A stretch of 63,332 bases of DNA, filler included, from Octopus bimaculoides (taxonomy: Eukaryota), in assembly GCF_001194135.2 (NCBI RefSeq). It is 5 parts of 4 records of this genome, joined end to end, with 100 filler letters (N's around TTAATTAATTAA, not from the genome) between each part and the next. Parts side by side here need not be neighbours in the genome. Positions count along the whole stretch, not along the records: positions 23,545 to 55,276 come from NC_068981.1; 4 more parts are not named here. One strand, given 5' to 3'. The position numbers and the translations under genes were made by a program. Each line of letters begins with the position of its first letter. Position 1 is the first letter of the stretch. The notes beneath the pieces are model-generated. The model had not been told where the DNA came from. It did not search any database and was given only the letters and a program-made list of their open reading frames with translations. Positions 26,367 through 40,345 of the stretch are shown piece by piece.

Positions 26367-27289
26367 TTCAATAAATAATAATAATATTAATTCTCGCAGA
26401 TAGAAGATGTAAAAATTATTTCTTTTAATGCTTTTATACAATCTTAATGCAGATGCATGTATCGCTAAACATTTGTTTTAGATATGTAAACACTCACTCG
26501 CCGATGAATAATGAATATATAATTTTTAATGGAAATAATGCAAAATTTAGCTTTAGTTGCACACAGAGAATTCTATTCTCAAACCCAATCACTCTTATTT
26601 CTATTTGATTGAAACTTTCCTGTCAGATTGTACAATTTGAGCGTACGCTGATGGTGTTCTCCCTCGCACCTATTCTATCAACCTTCGCGTGACATGGTTG
26701 GATTGTATTCCTCTCTATTCGTCCTGTTGATTAATAATCTACTTCCTTTCCTATTTAATAACGCTGAATCCTACGAACTTGACAGTACTTTCACTTCTCC
26801 ATAAACTTTTGCACGCATTCACACGCAACCTCAACACAGCACCAGTTCTGTACTGTCTCCAATGAACAGAGTTCGAAAACATTCACCGCAATTTTCAACA
26901 AATAAATATACAATTACCACTTACAGTATCACAAAGAAACAATATGTATCTTGCCTGATAAAAAGAAACCTTACTAAATTTTTCAGACATTCTATGAATG
27001 TTTGACCCTTACATCTTATGGCGAACTTTCCTGACAAATTCATATACACGATGACTTGTGTTTCGTCTTTTGAGAACAGATTCTTTTAGATGCATGTTCA
27101 TAACACACTCGATTCATTAGCGTAAGAGGACATTGGAAAGTCCAGTGTTTGGACATAGATGTACCTCATTAGCCAGAACTACCCCAGACTAATGAATCTA
27201 AAAGTTTGTGGCTGTTGTTTATAACTTCAGCAAACAAATTATTTGCTGTTGCGTGCTAATGTCTACCAACTGATGATAAATCATCATGT

Positions 27290-27760
27290 GCACAATGAAC
27301 AGCAAAAATCAAAACGATGACTTGCATATTCATAATATAGATAAAATTGCATCTAAAAAGTTGATTTTCCGCTTCAGAATCAGAAAAAAAATCTTCAACT
27401 CTGATTATCCACAAAGATCAAGCACTCACAATGAAATACTGCCCATCTATTTTGGACCGTGGTGTTGTTCCGCATGCAGACCCTGCTCATTGCCAACGGA
27501 TAGACTGACAAATACTCACTTAGCAGCATTGCAGACGCGTTCTCTTCATTCTGCTTATTTTATCGCAATTACAATAACCTCTTTTACAAGCTAATACACC
27601 TGACTCTTCAGCTAACGCCACTCTTACAATGTTTCCTTCAAGCCTGCGCTAAGTACTTCGTCCGTCCTTATTAGAATACTAGATCCTTTAAACACTGCCA
27701 TACTGAAGTCATTAGGACTGGAGGGTCTTGAACGTTCAAGGGCACGATTACTCTTGAGAC
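27290..27760 (+). mobile_element. CR1-clade LINE RT 3' remnant
   Basis: Frameshifted motifs DRGVV, KYFVRP-LLEY and LKSLGLEGLERSR correspond to DLGV, FVRPILEY and LGLESLE.RR. Confidence 0.45.
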
Positions 27761-27939
27761 TAGACAAAAAACAAGAATAACAAACACAGCAGCAACAACG
27801 GTTTTGCCTTTATCTCTTACTTGCCACCATTTGGTCTAAAGTTTTTTTTTTTTTGCGGAGTTTTCCATTTATATTGTGTTGATATTTAAACAGATGCTTG
27901 CGAAACATTAAAACATTTTCTCTTTTTGTTAAAGCGGAC

Positions 27940-28010
<71 letters not shown>

Positions 28011-28249
28011 TAATGGCTGAAAAAAATTTGTTTGGAGGTTTATCTCAGCAGACACATTTGTCATGTTCAGAAAAATAATGGCAGATAAAGTTGTAAATAT
28101 CTTTATTTGCAAAAATTGTAGGATCGTAGGAGACAGTATTGGAAATGAAGATGGCTGATAAAGTTGTTGATGTTGCTGTTGTGGTTGTTATTGTTTAGTG
28201 TATGCTATGGACTCTAATAGGTTTAACACTTGTTGACGGGAGATGAATT

Positions 28250-28324
<75 letters not shown>

Positions 28325-28989
28325 CACTATAGTTGTTGCTGTGTGACTGACAATGGTGTTAAGAATATTACCTCATTTGAAAGGAGATTTTTATTTTAAA
28401 AATCAATCCTGTACCTAACTTGTATCGTCTTCATTGGTTTTCTCCAGTGTATAGTGATGATACATCTTATTTCATGTGAGCCTCTCCATTTATCATATTA
28501 TCTTACACAATCGTACTTAAAAAGGAGACGGTTTTCATTTTAACCTTGTCACTTTTCGTTGTTTTCCTGAAAATAAGACGTCTAAATTTCGTATTCCTTT
28601 ACGGATTCGTCCTTCATCAAATCAGATATTAGATATTTATAGTGCTGTTTCATCCAAAACAGCCGTTTGTCTTCTGGTGTGACGTGAAAATTTAAATAGA
28701 CTATTTGCTATTTGCCATCATACTTACTACATTGTCCTTGCCAGTTGCAAATGAGTTAGTTGAAAGGATATCGAGCGGCAACCCTTTGAATTCTATCACA
28801 CATTCTACCAAAACACTTAACTTCTACATGCTATCGATAAGTGCTGTATGAGCGTATAATAAATAGTTTATTCTCTGTTGTTCACAGGCAATGAATAAAA
28901 ATGATACGTACATTGTATTAAAGTACATGTGCAAGTCAAAAATTATCCGCATATTCGCTCAAACTTTCTTTAGGTTTGCCTTCAGCATT

Positions 28990-29900
28990 GCCTTCAGCAT
29001 TGCCTTCAGCATTGCCTTCAGCATTCGTGTGCTAAAAGGTAGCATTCTTGTGCTTATACAATCGAGCTTTGACCTTCATCGCTCTAGTTTTCTTTCATGT
29101 GTTGCAAAGTAAACATGATCGCTCTGCTGGCAGTGGGCACCAAAGAAGAACAGAGATCGGTGATCCGATTTCTGAGGTCTGAAGATGTGTCAAGGGCTGA
29201 AATTCATCGTAGGCTTTCTGACCACAAGGAGAGTTCTACCGCGTAGAAATGTATATGAGAGGATGAAGAATTTTAAAAATGACCGGACAAACGTGAGGCA
29301 TAAAGATGGTGTATGACACTCATCAACCTCCACCACCGAAGTGAAGATTCAACTAGCTCAAAAGATAGTTCTGACGAACTGACGAGTGACGATGAAGTGG
29401 CATGTTCTCTGCTAATTACTTACGGTTTTGCATACGAAATGCATATAACTAGTAATACAAGTGTAAACTGTTGTACCCACCTCTTCAGAACCATTTTCAC
29501 TTTGTGTTATCAAATTGTTATCCGCGAAGACTATTCCTCATTGGTTCGAGCTGATGGAAGTCGGAGGATACCTGGTCCGTACTGTACAGTGGATGGCGAC
29601 ACCTGACCATCCTAGATTGTTGATTGTCTTATATGTCACCAAAAATGTGCATTATCACGGACTGATTTGTGATAACACGGGTTGGTAAACAGTCAAAGAT
29701 TCTGCTTAGACCGCAAAAGCGTACCCCCAGGGACAATCCACAACCCATAGGACAGTTTGGGGTCTCGGAACGAAACCTATTTTCCTCCATATGTTCTATT
29801 ATTCGTTTATCAATGATTCATTCGACAGATTAGTTTTGGCACCAAGCACCTGTGATAAACAAGTACAAAGCTATTATATTTTGATAAGTACCAAAGTATT
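28990..29900 (+). mobile_element. Mariner transposase pseudogene
   Basis: From 29114, MIALLAVGTKEEQRSVIRFLRSEDVSRAEIHRRL is a typical mariner N-terminal HTH; later segments are degenerate. A 12-bp unit ttgccttcagca occurs x4 at 28976-29023. Confidence 0.75.
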
Positions 29901-30313
29901 AAAGCACAGTACGAAGGCGATTAGCTGGTAGAATTATTAGAGCATAGAGAAGATAACTTGAAATATTTCTTCTGGTTCTACGTTCTGAGTTCAAATCTTG
30001 AGGAGATCTGCTTTTGGTCCTTTCAAGGTGGTTAAAACAAAGTACTAGCCAACTTTTAGAGTTGATGGTATCGATTTACACCTCGCCTCAATGTGCTGGC
30101 CTTGTGCCTAAATTAGAAACCATATTAACAGAACATTATGTATATCAAATGTTACACATCAGATGCAAGCATGACTTTGTGGGTGATAGATTTGTTTCAT
30201 AACCATGTGGTTTCAGGTACGATCCAACGTTTGGTAAGCGTCTTTTGCTATAGCCTTGAGTTGCTGCACTAGCTTAGGTTTCTGAGGGAAATTGCGAAGT
30301 ATACGGAAGCCCG

Positions 30314-30384
<71 letters not shown>

Positions 30385-31479
30385 CACACACACAGAGGCA
30401 TAGATGAATTTGTGTTTGGGTGTACCAGTGTAAATAGTATTAGAGTGTAATAGTATTACAGTCCATAATGGGAGTGAAATATCCAAACTGAGGTAATTTT
30501 AATGATTTTAGCCATTAGATAAATAGAGAACAATACCTTGAGTACTGGACTATGCGCTAGGGGTCATTATAATTGCACTAACTTCCTTGTATCCGTGACA
30601 CCACAGCCCATTGGCTCAAACCAATAAACGAACAAAAGAATGTCGATTAAAGAAACCTTAATGAAATCACTGTTCAGCGTTACAGCTCATAATTCCCACT
30701 GCAAAGAAATTGTAATATAGCGTATTGGATTGGAAAAATAGGTAGAGCAACGGATAGATACCTTGTTGTATGTCCCTTTTTACGGAAGATGTCTTGCTGT
30801 ATTTAGTTATGTCCCTTTTCGGTTTTGAATTCAAATCCTACTTGAATTAATAAAATAAAGTACTAATCAAGTATTGACTTAATCTAACGGATAATAATCT
30901 TCACCGCAAATATGTGACCTTGTCCTATTTCAGAAATCAATGTAGTCTATAAAATCAATGGAGCTATCCTTTACAAAAGAATGGTTTTGTGCTTTGTCGA
31001 AAGAAATCAACATTAGAATAGTAAATTTAGTGTACTTTTAATCAATAATATGTTATAACTGACACATTTTAATCAATACTGATATTAGAAAAGTATGGTA
31101 GTGTGCAGGAAGTATATCGGAATATTAAAAATAGTGATTTAAAGATCCACGTCTAAGCAAGCCGGTTTTGCTAAATGTAAATAAGGACACGGAGGCACAA
31201 GGCCAGTACTTTTGCACAAAGCATTGAATAATCCGATATTTCTGGCAACATGAACTTTCAAATGAGTAAAGAGAACAAAGGAACACATCTAAATTCGTCG
31301 CAGTTTCAACTGGGTTATAAATTACATTCTATGGATTATGTTTAATAAATTACATTCTATGGATTATCCTTTTTGTCAGGATTCTGTTGTTCGTAGCTAG
31401 CCACGTATATGCCTGAGAGGAGAAAGTAAGGTCAAGTTTTACACTCTATGGAATCTAGTGAGACCAGTTATTTTAGCCT

Positions 31480-32900
31480 ATGGACTTCGTTCAGTTCCTA
31501 TCGACTGTTGGTGGTTGTTTTGTATTGTTTAATGAAGATAGCTTCTTTGATCCGTAATTTCACGATATTACGGTTTGCGTTCCTGATTATAATTGTCATA
31601 CCGCGTCTCTGGAAGTTATCTAGCTATTTTTTTACCAACTAGGTGCATATGTGGATGTGTACTTTGATTCGAATGTGTAAGGGCTGAATGGTGTAGTTGA
31701 TATAGCATTCGCCACATGTTGTGCACTCTATCTCGTAGGCGATGTAAACTTGTAATACATACATGTTGTAGAACGAGCCATTGGCCAACGTGCATTGGTT
31801 GTTGATGTGAAGGTCAATGATGGCCGTCTCTTTGATAGGCATTTACACAAGTAACGCAATTTACAATGCTACTCTCTTCACGATCCAACAACATGCAGTT
31901 TCACCACGTCATACTGCCTAGAACTGTATCAAACCTAAACGCGTTTTATCATCCTCCTCATTTTTGTAAAAATATATTTGTGCATGAAACATCAAATTAT
32001 TAAGTGATTTATGGTGAATATTTAATTTTTGATCTTATTTATCTCTAATGCTACCCCCAAAGCATTATCGTGCTTCACGAAATCACTGTTTTTAAATGAT
32101 ATTTTGTTAAGTATTGATTTGAAACATTAGAAGATATCTGTCTAACACATGAGAGCTCGACATTTTTAGAATGTGCTCTCCACGTTCAATTCCATGTTTC
32201 ATATACTGCAATTGGAACTACGTTACGTTCGTGACGAAGAAAACACTGAACTCTCAAAAACAGCTGTAAATATACACAGTGGAATACTTGCTGCTACATG
32301 ATGTGTTAGTACATTAAAATTAATGTATGGTTCGTAAGCTCGTAGTTTCAAATGCAATTCCAAATCCAAGAAGGTGCTTCTACAAGGTTGTCCAATCTGA
32401 GAGATATTTCTGCTTGCAAAATTTTTCTGTAAATCACATACTACCGTCTTAAGAAGACGAGACAATGGCCAGTGTAGCCTTTAAATACCTTATACTTGAA
32501 AACAAAAATGAAAGAAAAAAGATGGATCACCATCACTGGAATGTCGTTGATCACACGTCTGTTCCTTCAGGTTTCACTTAAGGCTATTCAACAACAGTAA
32601 CACATTTTTGTATTGCTTCGTACAATAAGTTCACAGAGCTATGCAAGTTTTAAACCAAGGTCAATTAGAAAAGGCGCTGCTGGAGGGTCGTAAGGGAACA
32701 GAACATACAAGAATATACAATAAAGTAAGTAACTTATATCCAATGAATCCATTATAGTGGCATTTCAGATTAGTGCCCCATATTCCACTAGCACAAAGGA
32801 TTCCTCCACTGCAAGCCTGCTAAACCTGCTAGCGATTCACCGCATAACCGAATAAAAATATTGGTGCTTAATCATCGTACAGCCGCCTCACAATTTTTTG
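31480..32900 (-). mobile_element. Penelope-like retroelement remnant (RT + GIY-YIG)
   Basis: TFLDLELHLK (RT C-terminus, ~32350), YEIECTTCGECYINYTIQPLHIRIKVH (GIY-YIG, ~31700) and LRIKEAIFIK (~31540), in the correct order. Confidence 0.75.
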
Positions 32901-33573
32901 ATGTTAACCTGAATGTTGTGGGGTGTCGTTTTGGTGATTGTCATAGCTGATAAAGGCTTAAGTAGTTACAACTATATCCTTCTACTAAACTACGATATAT
33001 TCGTACACTGTACTGTACAATACCACTCTCCACAGCTCTCTTACACTATACCTCAATATACTTCAATATACCCTGTAGCCACAGTTCGCCAAGATGTGTG
33101 TGTATGTGTGTGTGCACATGGCGTGCAGTTGCATATTAGTTCTTTGCCGGCTGTGAAACACACAAAAAATATAAGAATATTATGTGCGGAATAACAGAAA
33201 TAAGCGTGACTGTCTTAAACTGAAAAAAACTAACAACAACAACAGCAACAAACCATTCCTCACGAACACCCCTCCACCAAAACCAGGAACTATATAAATG
33301 CTTCCTTAAAACTGTACTTTTTTTACTTGGTCAAGTATCATAGATGTCCTTCTAATAATTCCATATGTTTACTTGTAGACTGCTTATTTGCATTGCAGGT
33401 GCATATGTGAGTGCGTGAGCGCACACACGCATGCGCGCGTGCGTGCGTATTGATGTATTTGTATATTTGGTACGCTTATATGTAGTCGTGTTTTGTTTGC
33501 ACGTATTTCACTGTATTTGTATAGACTTTCACGTAAGAACACACAGTATCACCACATACATACATATAAAATA

Positions 33574-33890
33574 TTGGTTTTATATTTAGGCACAAGGCCA
33601 GCAATTTCGAGGGAGGGGGTAAATCGATTTGATCGATACCAGTACTCAAGAGGTACTTAATTTATCAATCCCGAAAGGATGAACGACAAAGTCGACCCCG
33701 GCGGAAATTGAACTCAGAACGTAACGTCGGACAAAAAGCCGCTAAGCATTTTGCCCGGTGTGCTAACGATTCTACCAGCTAATTTTGGTACAAGGCCAAC
33801 AATTTTCGGGGGACCAATAATTTTCGTCAACCTCAGTGCTCAAGTGGTACTTACTTTTTCGATCCCAAAAGGATAACAGATGAAGTCGAT
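33574..33890 (-). mobile_element. Family B SINE plus an abutting partial second copy
   Basis: ggcacaaggccagcaatttc ... aaagtcgaccccggcggaaattgaactcagaac; a second tail starts at 33781. Confidence 0.75.
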
Positions 33891-34239
33891 CTTAGTTTTG
33901 GTTGGAATGTCTTTGATCATTTGTCTGCTAAATCAGTCTTGAGGGTTAAGCAGCAATAACATTACATTACAGTATATAAAAAATATATGAACACAGAATG
34001 TAACGACATACGAAATGCCGCTAAGCATTTTCCCCCGGTGTGCGAACGATTCTGCCAGCTCATCGCTCTACGTACATACAAAATATTACAAGAAGGAATA
34101 CAAAAATATGGCAACCATAAAACTATTTTGACTCGGGTCACTGCTAACCACCTCCCCTCCTCCTCTTTTTTACCAATCGTCGTCGTCATCATAATTACTA
34201 ATATTAGGATTGCTATGTTTTGTTGTTTGTTCCTTCTCG

Positions 34240-34497
34240 AGCTATGCCTGGTTCATAAGGGCCGGTTTCCCGGTTTCATTGGCGTATAAGTTCCCCATCT
34301 GGACGGGACGCCGGTCCGTTGCAGGTGAGCTGCTAGATGCAGGAGGAAAGAGTGAGAGAAATCTGTGGCGAAAGAGTGAGCAGAAGTTCGCTATTACCTC
34401 CTGCCGGAGCCGCGTGGAGCTTAGGTATTTCGCTCATAAATACACACATCGCCCGGTCTGAGATTCGAACCCGCGATCCCTCGACCGTGAGGCCATG
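34240..34497 (-). mobile_element. Mosaic SINE: family D-like head/body with family C-like tail
   Basis: Shares ctggacgggacgcc and ggtttcccggtttc with family C, and the gagtgagagaaa body and tRNA head with family D. Confidence 0.65.
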
Positions 34498-35524
34498 TGC
34501 CTTCGTTTAAGATTGATATAGAAAACTAAAAAAAAAAAAAGGATAAAGGTAATATGCAATGCAATATTGTCGAATACGAGGTCTTTTCTTCTGCTTGAAG
34601 TTCAAGAAAATATTTCTAATGAAAGAAATCAACATCTTCAAACAGAGAGAACGATTCAAGTTGATAATTAAATATTGCAGACTAATCAGGAATCGAAATC
34701 GCCACGGAAACCCGAGTTTCTGGAAGCCTAGCATCAATTAATGTAATAATAACAACCATAATTCAAAAATATTGCCAAACATACAACTACACATTAGAAT
34801 AAATATGACAGCAATGAAAAAATATCAATAACTAAAATAACAACCGAAAAAACACAAGATCTGGCGAAATTTTCTGCTTGAACGACGCAGATTCTCATAA
34901 TGATGACGCTATTCCATTAGCGACATCCAGGCTTATGCCGGCCATAGATCATCTGGCAGTGATGGGTCATTAGTATTATGTATCCTGTTTGTTGCATAGA
35001 AAATCTTATTGATTTAGTTGAGTAAATAAGGAAACAGCATATTTTATACGGAAAAGTCTTCAAATATCAAATCATAAATTGTTTGTTTTCTACTTGTGGT
35101 TTCCTGTGAATTTTCCCGAGTTATCGATTTTTGATATTCGACTGTTGTTGTCATTGATATGGTCGTGGTAATGGTGGTGATGGTGGTGATGGTGATGATG
35201 ATGATAGTGGGGGTGATATTTTTTTTTTAAATCAGAAATGTTGTTACGTTATTACTGTAAGTGTTGTTGTTGTTAGTTAGTTAGTGTTGTCGATTAGTCG
35301 TGTCATCAGAGAGCACTGATGAGAAATTGGTGTTGATATAACAGCGACAGAAACGATTGTTGTTGCTGTTACTGCTACTGTTGCTGTTGCTACTGTTAGT
35401 ACAAGACAACAACCTAATGGGTGTGGGTGGATGGTATTCATAATCGATGGAATCGAACCTAGTGCATTATAAGCACTTATTTTATTGCTCCCCAGTGAGA
35501 TGAAAGTAAAATCAATCTCAAAAC

Positions 35525-35546
35525 CTTATATCGTTATTATCATCAC

Positions 35547-35598
<52 letters not shown>

Positions 35599-35751
35599 GT
35601 TATTATTATTGACGATGATGCTGATGATGGTGATGATCATAATGATGATGAGGATGATGGTGGTGATGATGATGATGGTGGTGATGATGATGATGAGGAT
35701 GATGAAGATTATAATTACCAACAAACCAACCAACCAACCAACCAACCAACC

Positions 35752-35793
<42 letters not shown>

Positions 35794-35795
35794 GT
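35525..35795. repeat. Compound microsatellite (ATT)n-(GAT)n-(AACC)n-(AACT)n
   Basis: Read directly from the sequence. Confidence 0.95.
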
Positions 35796-36379
35796 AAATA
35801 GATAAATATTTCCGAGTTACAAGTTCGGTAATCTGTCGATCTTACCACATAAATAATTATTGTGATTGTCGTGAATAAAAATTCATTTAGCAAATATTCA
35901 CGAAATTTAAGAAGAAACAGTTAAGTGATATTTTTTATATACTGTAATGTAATGCTATTGCTGTTTAACCCTCAAGACTGATTTAGCAGACAAATGATGA
36001 AAGACATTCCAACCAAGACTAATTTGTCTTTTTTTTTATACTTAGTGATTTTGAACTTTGTGATCTCTTTCGTTTTCCTTAAGATGGTTAAGTATGATTT
36101 AAGGGAGATTTGGTTGCTAATTCCAACAGATCAAGTGACGACGTGGAGCCCTCTCCTTCGTTGTCTCAAAGTATAGTGTATTATAAAATTAAGAAGCGTA
36201 GTGCTGTGGAGTAGGTGAACTGGAATAAACCGCCGGAAAAAGTCATCATTTTAGCTAGGAAAAAATATCACATTTAAATTACATAACTTTAATAACAGAA
36301 CCGTCCATCCATCCATCCATCCATCCATCCATCCAGCCATCCACCCATCCATCCATCCATCTTTCCTTCTTTTCTTCCT

Positions 36380-36620
36380 CTCCTCCTCCCCCTCCTACAA
36401 TTCCTGAGAGGGTCGTTTGGGTAGAATCTTCGGTTACATCCTCCATAATCTATCAGAAGCAGCCGTCATTACACTTTTCAGCTAGATTCCCAAGCGTGAC
36501 CAACTAAGATCATGGGTATTTTCCAGCCATCGCTTTCTTGGTCTGCCTTTGGGTCTACTACCAGTTCACTTGACTTGAAGAATCCGTCCTGTGATTCTTT
36601 CTTGTGATTCTAGTTACCTC
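36380..36620 (-). mobile_element. RTE-group LINE 3' end
   Basis: [40 protein letters not shown] matches the GRP..RW.D ... A.DR..WR C-terminus. Confidence 0.7.
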
Positions 36621-36900
36621 TCAATGCAGCGAAATAGCTAGGGCATAACCTTGAAGCATTTGGTTGATTAAATCGACCTCCGTATTGTTTTAAGTCTACT
36701 ACTTATTCTATCGATCTCTTTTTCTCCATTCATTATGAGATCGTAAACAAATCAAAATCGGTTGTAAAGCGACGAGAGAACACAGAGATGTTTTCACACA
36801 CACACATACACACACACACACACATACACATACACACACACACACACACGCACACACACACACATTCACATTCATATATACATATACTTACATGTTGACA

Positions 36901-36965
<65 letters not shown>

Positions 36966-37198
36966 GACCGTCTGTCTGTCTGCTTCACTGTCCGCCTGTC
37001 TGCCTGTCTGTATGTTTGTCTATCTGTCTAATGCTAAAAGAATTTTATCATGAAGAACATTTTAGTACCAGTTTTTGTCTTTTCGACTTTTTCAGCTTAG
37101 AGTAAAGGAAGAAAACAATTGAATTGAAGAAAAATTAAATGAAATGTTTTTTAAAAATGTTTCCATGATCTTCAAATAGGTAGGACATTTTCCTTTTT

Positions 37199-37229
<31 letters not shown>

Positions 37230-37869
37230 NNNNNNNNNNNNNNNNNNNNNNNNNNNNNNNNNNNNNNNNNNNNNNNNNNNNNNNNNNNNNNNNNNNNNNN
37301 NNNNNNNNNNNNNNNNNNNNNNNNNNNNNNNNNNNNNNNNNNNNNNNNNNNNNNNNNNNNNNNNNNNNNNNNNNNNNNNNNNNNNNNNNNNNNNNNNNNN
37401 NNNNNNNNNNNNNNNNNNNNNNNNNNNNNNNNNNATAACTATTCGTGAACAATAACAGAGTAATTGAACGAAACGAGGAATATTGTGTTGGGTCAAGAAG
37501 AAATAGAAAGTGAACACCAAGAACCCCGGAATATAGACTGTTTATGAAATGTTTCAGTAGTTCTCCTGAATAGGAAGGATACAGTTATTTTCTTTGTTGT
37601 CTGCAGTATACGAACAGTTTTATTAAGAGTATCTACAAATTTGACATTAGATGAGAGAAGAGATGAGGGAGGCAACCATGATAAATGTAGTAGCATGGCA
37701 GTGTGACTGAACCCCAAAACTACGCACCCATGCCTGAACTTATGTGATTTTCCATTTTTTATGACAATATCCTTTCTGTGGGTTCGTGTAACATTTTGTA
37801 ATCTAATTCCGCAGAAATTCAGTGTATTGTATTGTATTACATTTGTGAATGTAGTTCTAATATTTTCAT

Positions 37870-37883
37870 GTTTCCATGGTAAC
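37870..37883. promoter_or_regulatory. RFX X-box consensus match GTTTCCATGGTAAC
   Basis: Fits GTHNYY-AT-RRNAAC. Motif match only; no functional evidence. Confidence 0.25.
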
Positions 37884-38289
37884 TATGCTCTTTGCAGAAA
37901 ATACTTCACTAGCTGATTCGAATACATGAGTAATGAAAAAGTTGTTAGTTTTGATTTAACAATGGTACTGCAAGTACAAGAATTGTTTATTGAACATCAA
38001 AGTGATACAGGAGATGACTTTGTTTTGTTTTTTCCCCCTTGTTTCTTAGTTACAGAACTCATGAATAACAATTGTATGGTTTTAGTTATGTGTTATAATA
38101 GTAATAATATTATAACAAGGAGAAATAACTGGTTTCGTGTAGCGGGGTTGCGTGCAACACAGCTGTTACCTAGAATGTAATGTACAAAATTATTAGTTGC
38201 ATCGATCAATGTGACATGACATTTATTGGACATGGTAAATTCATAAAGCTTATCGAGTCACATATTGAAATATTCTCCTCCTCTTTCAT

Positions 38290-39260
38290 CTTCCTTCTCT
38301 TCCGCTTCCTCCTCGTCATCATCATCATCCTTATCATCATCATCCACATCACTATCCTCATTATCATCCCGTGCCTATCACAGCCAGTCCCTGGGAGTGG
38401 TATACCACCCTTGATGTTCTGCCAGTCAGTAAGTGCCGCTGATCCCTGTTCTTCGTCATATCACACATAGATAGGCCTAGGTGTTGAAACCTGTTTAGCC
38501 CTTGATGTTTTCTTCGTCTTCCTTTTCTTCGTGCTCTTCCAGTTGTGTCCTGACTAATAGTTGGGGACAGGGAATCATGAGAGGATTCATGTCGGTACTA
38601 GGTGAGCTTTCGGCATTTCAATATAGCTAGGAAGGCTCCTGCTTGTCTGTTTGGTTACTTGCTGCCAGGCACGCTTCCACGATACTTAGTCACCTGCTGT
38701 CTAACAGATCTCTTTGTCTTACGCCCTGTGTTCTGAGGTTCTTGTAACCGAAGGCCTGCACTCTTCGTTCGTGTAGATTGAAAGTGTCCAGTTTTTGCTC
38801 CAGTTCATAAAGACAGAAGTCACCAGGGTCTTGTACAGTTTAAGGTTCAAGGAAAAACTGATAAATCTACTTTTTCATATGATGCTGATCTTTGCAATGG
38901 TAAATGAGGTCAGACAGAGTCTTGTTTTGAACCCTTTTATTAAGTTATCGTCTTTATTTAAAGTTGGAATGATGTATTTAATATTGTCTACTTTAAGTTT
39001 TATCCGTTCAACAGGATGTTGGCCTCAGTGTTTTGTTTGTGTCTGTTGATCAGAATCGCGCTTTTTCTTAACAGGCCTCCATTTCGGATATTTCTGGCGT
39101 AGTTTCCAGGCTATGGGTGCGTTCCTAGAATTCTATTTCTCTGATTCCCGTTTTGTTGATATCATCCGCAAAATGCAAGTTGCGATGGAACCGTGCTTCT
39201 ATATTGTAACTTAAGAAACGGTGAAAGAAGTAAGAGTGCAAAATTTTGTGTGGCATTTTC
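38290..39260 (-). mobile_element. 5'-truncated RTE LINE with RT catalytic motif
   Basis: NLHFADDI (~39170), LKLYKTLV, ERRVQAF, GRARRKGRRRK, and a (GAT)n tail at ~38290-38370. Confidence 0.8.
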
Positions 39261-39884
39261 TTGGACAGAGCACTGAGTAGTTTTCTTTCATATGGCCTAT
39301 TCCAATTTTAATTCAACCCATTACAAAATAATTTTTAGTGGTCCTTTTTGCTTTTGTTTGGTTGAGCTAAATATTCTTCAACAATGTTTACTTTTTCTAA
39401 GTAAGGATATAGTTTTGATTAATGACAAGTATCGTGTTTGCTACATTTCTTAATGTGGCAAGTTGTAATCATATATAGCAAATTGATGTTACACAACTAT
39501 TTGCTTACGAAACCAATCTTCATACTGTTGATTAAATCAACTCCGATGTGTATATTAACAGTATCTATTTAACATCTGATAGAATGAAAAGCAAAGGCGA
39601 TTTTTGGAATTTAAATTCAGGACGTCGAGAAAGTACAGAATAATATGCTAAGAGTAAACATTGCATAGAGTATTTAACAAGAGTTAGAATTTGCTAAGGT
39701 GGTTGATTCCTTCACTTCTAATTTTTTCTTTAGAAATTACTGTCGTTAAAAATGCGTCAGAACTAAAACTCATTTTACTCCTACAGCTCTAAAGACAATT
39801 TAAAATAATGAATGGAGGGATATTAACAGATGTTATTTTCAGGAACGTTAAAAAAGACCAAGACTTACGTTTGCTATCAATATT

Positions 39885-40345
39885 GATTTGTAGCATAAAT
39901 ACAAGGTTATAATTTTCTGTGTGTGTATGGTGACAAGATTAGCCCATTAAATCAGCCCCAGCACTTAACTGGTACTCTATATAATCAACTCCGCAAGGAT
40001 GAAAGTCAAAGTTAAATTCAACAGGATTTGAACTCAGACCATAAAGGTCTAGAAACAAACACTCCAAGGCAGTTTTTTTTTCTGACATTCTAATGAGTTT
40101 GTAAATCCATTGTCCTGACTGTGTTATTAATATTAATTTTTAACACAGACGCAAATGCTTCGATATGTCGGAGTGGGTGGTGCAAGGAACCAGTCGAGCA
40201 TATCGACTCCGGTACTTGACTGCTGCTTTATTTTATTAACCCTTCGAAGATGAAAAGCAATTACAAGCAATCATCCCCAACCACCACTAACACTCACCGA
40301 CACCGCAAAACATTTTGTCTGAATCTCTAACGATTCTGCCAATTC
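39885..40345 (-). mobile_element. Two adjacent diverged family B SINEs
   Basis: ggtactctatataatcaactccgcaaggatgaaagtcaaag and ggtacttgactgctgctttattttattaacccttcgaagatgaaaagc cores. Confidence 0.6.

Noticed and set aside
27630-27751. Minus-strand exon candidate (LKSNRALERSRPSSPNDF...)
   Set aside because: Better explained as the antisense of CR1 RT motifs on the plus strand.
38376-38387. tatcacagccag, identical to the first 12 nt of miR-2
   Set aside because: The match stops at 12 nt, there is no hairpin, and it lies in the RTE 3' end.
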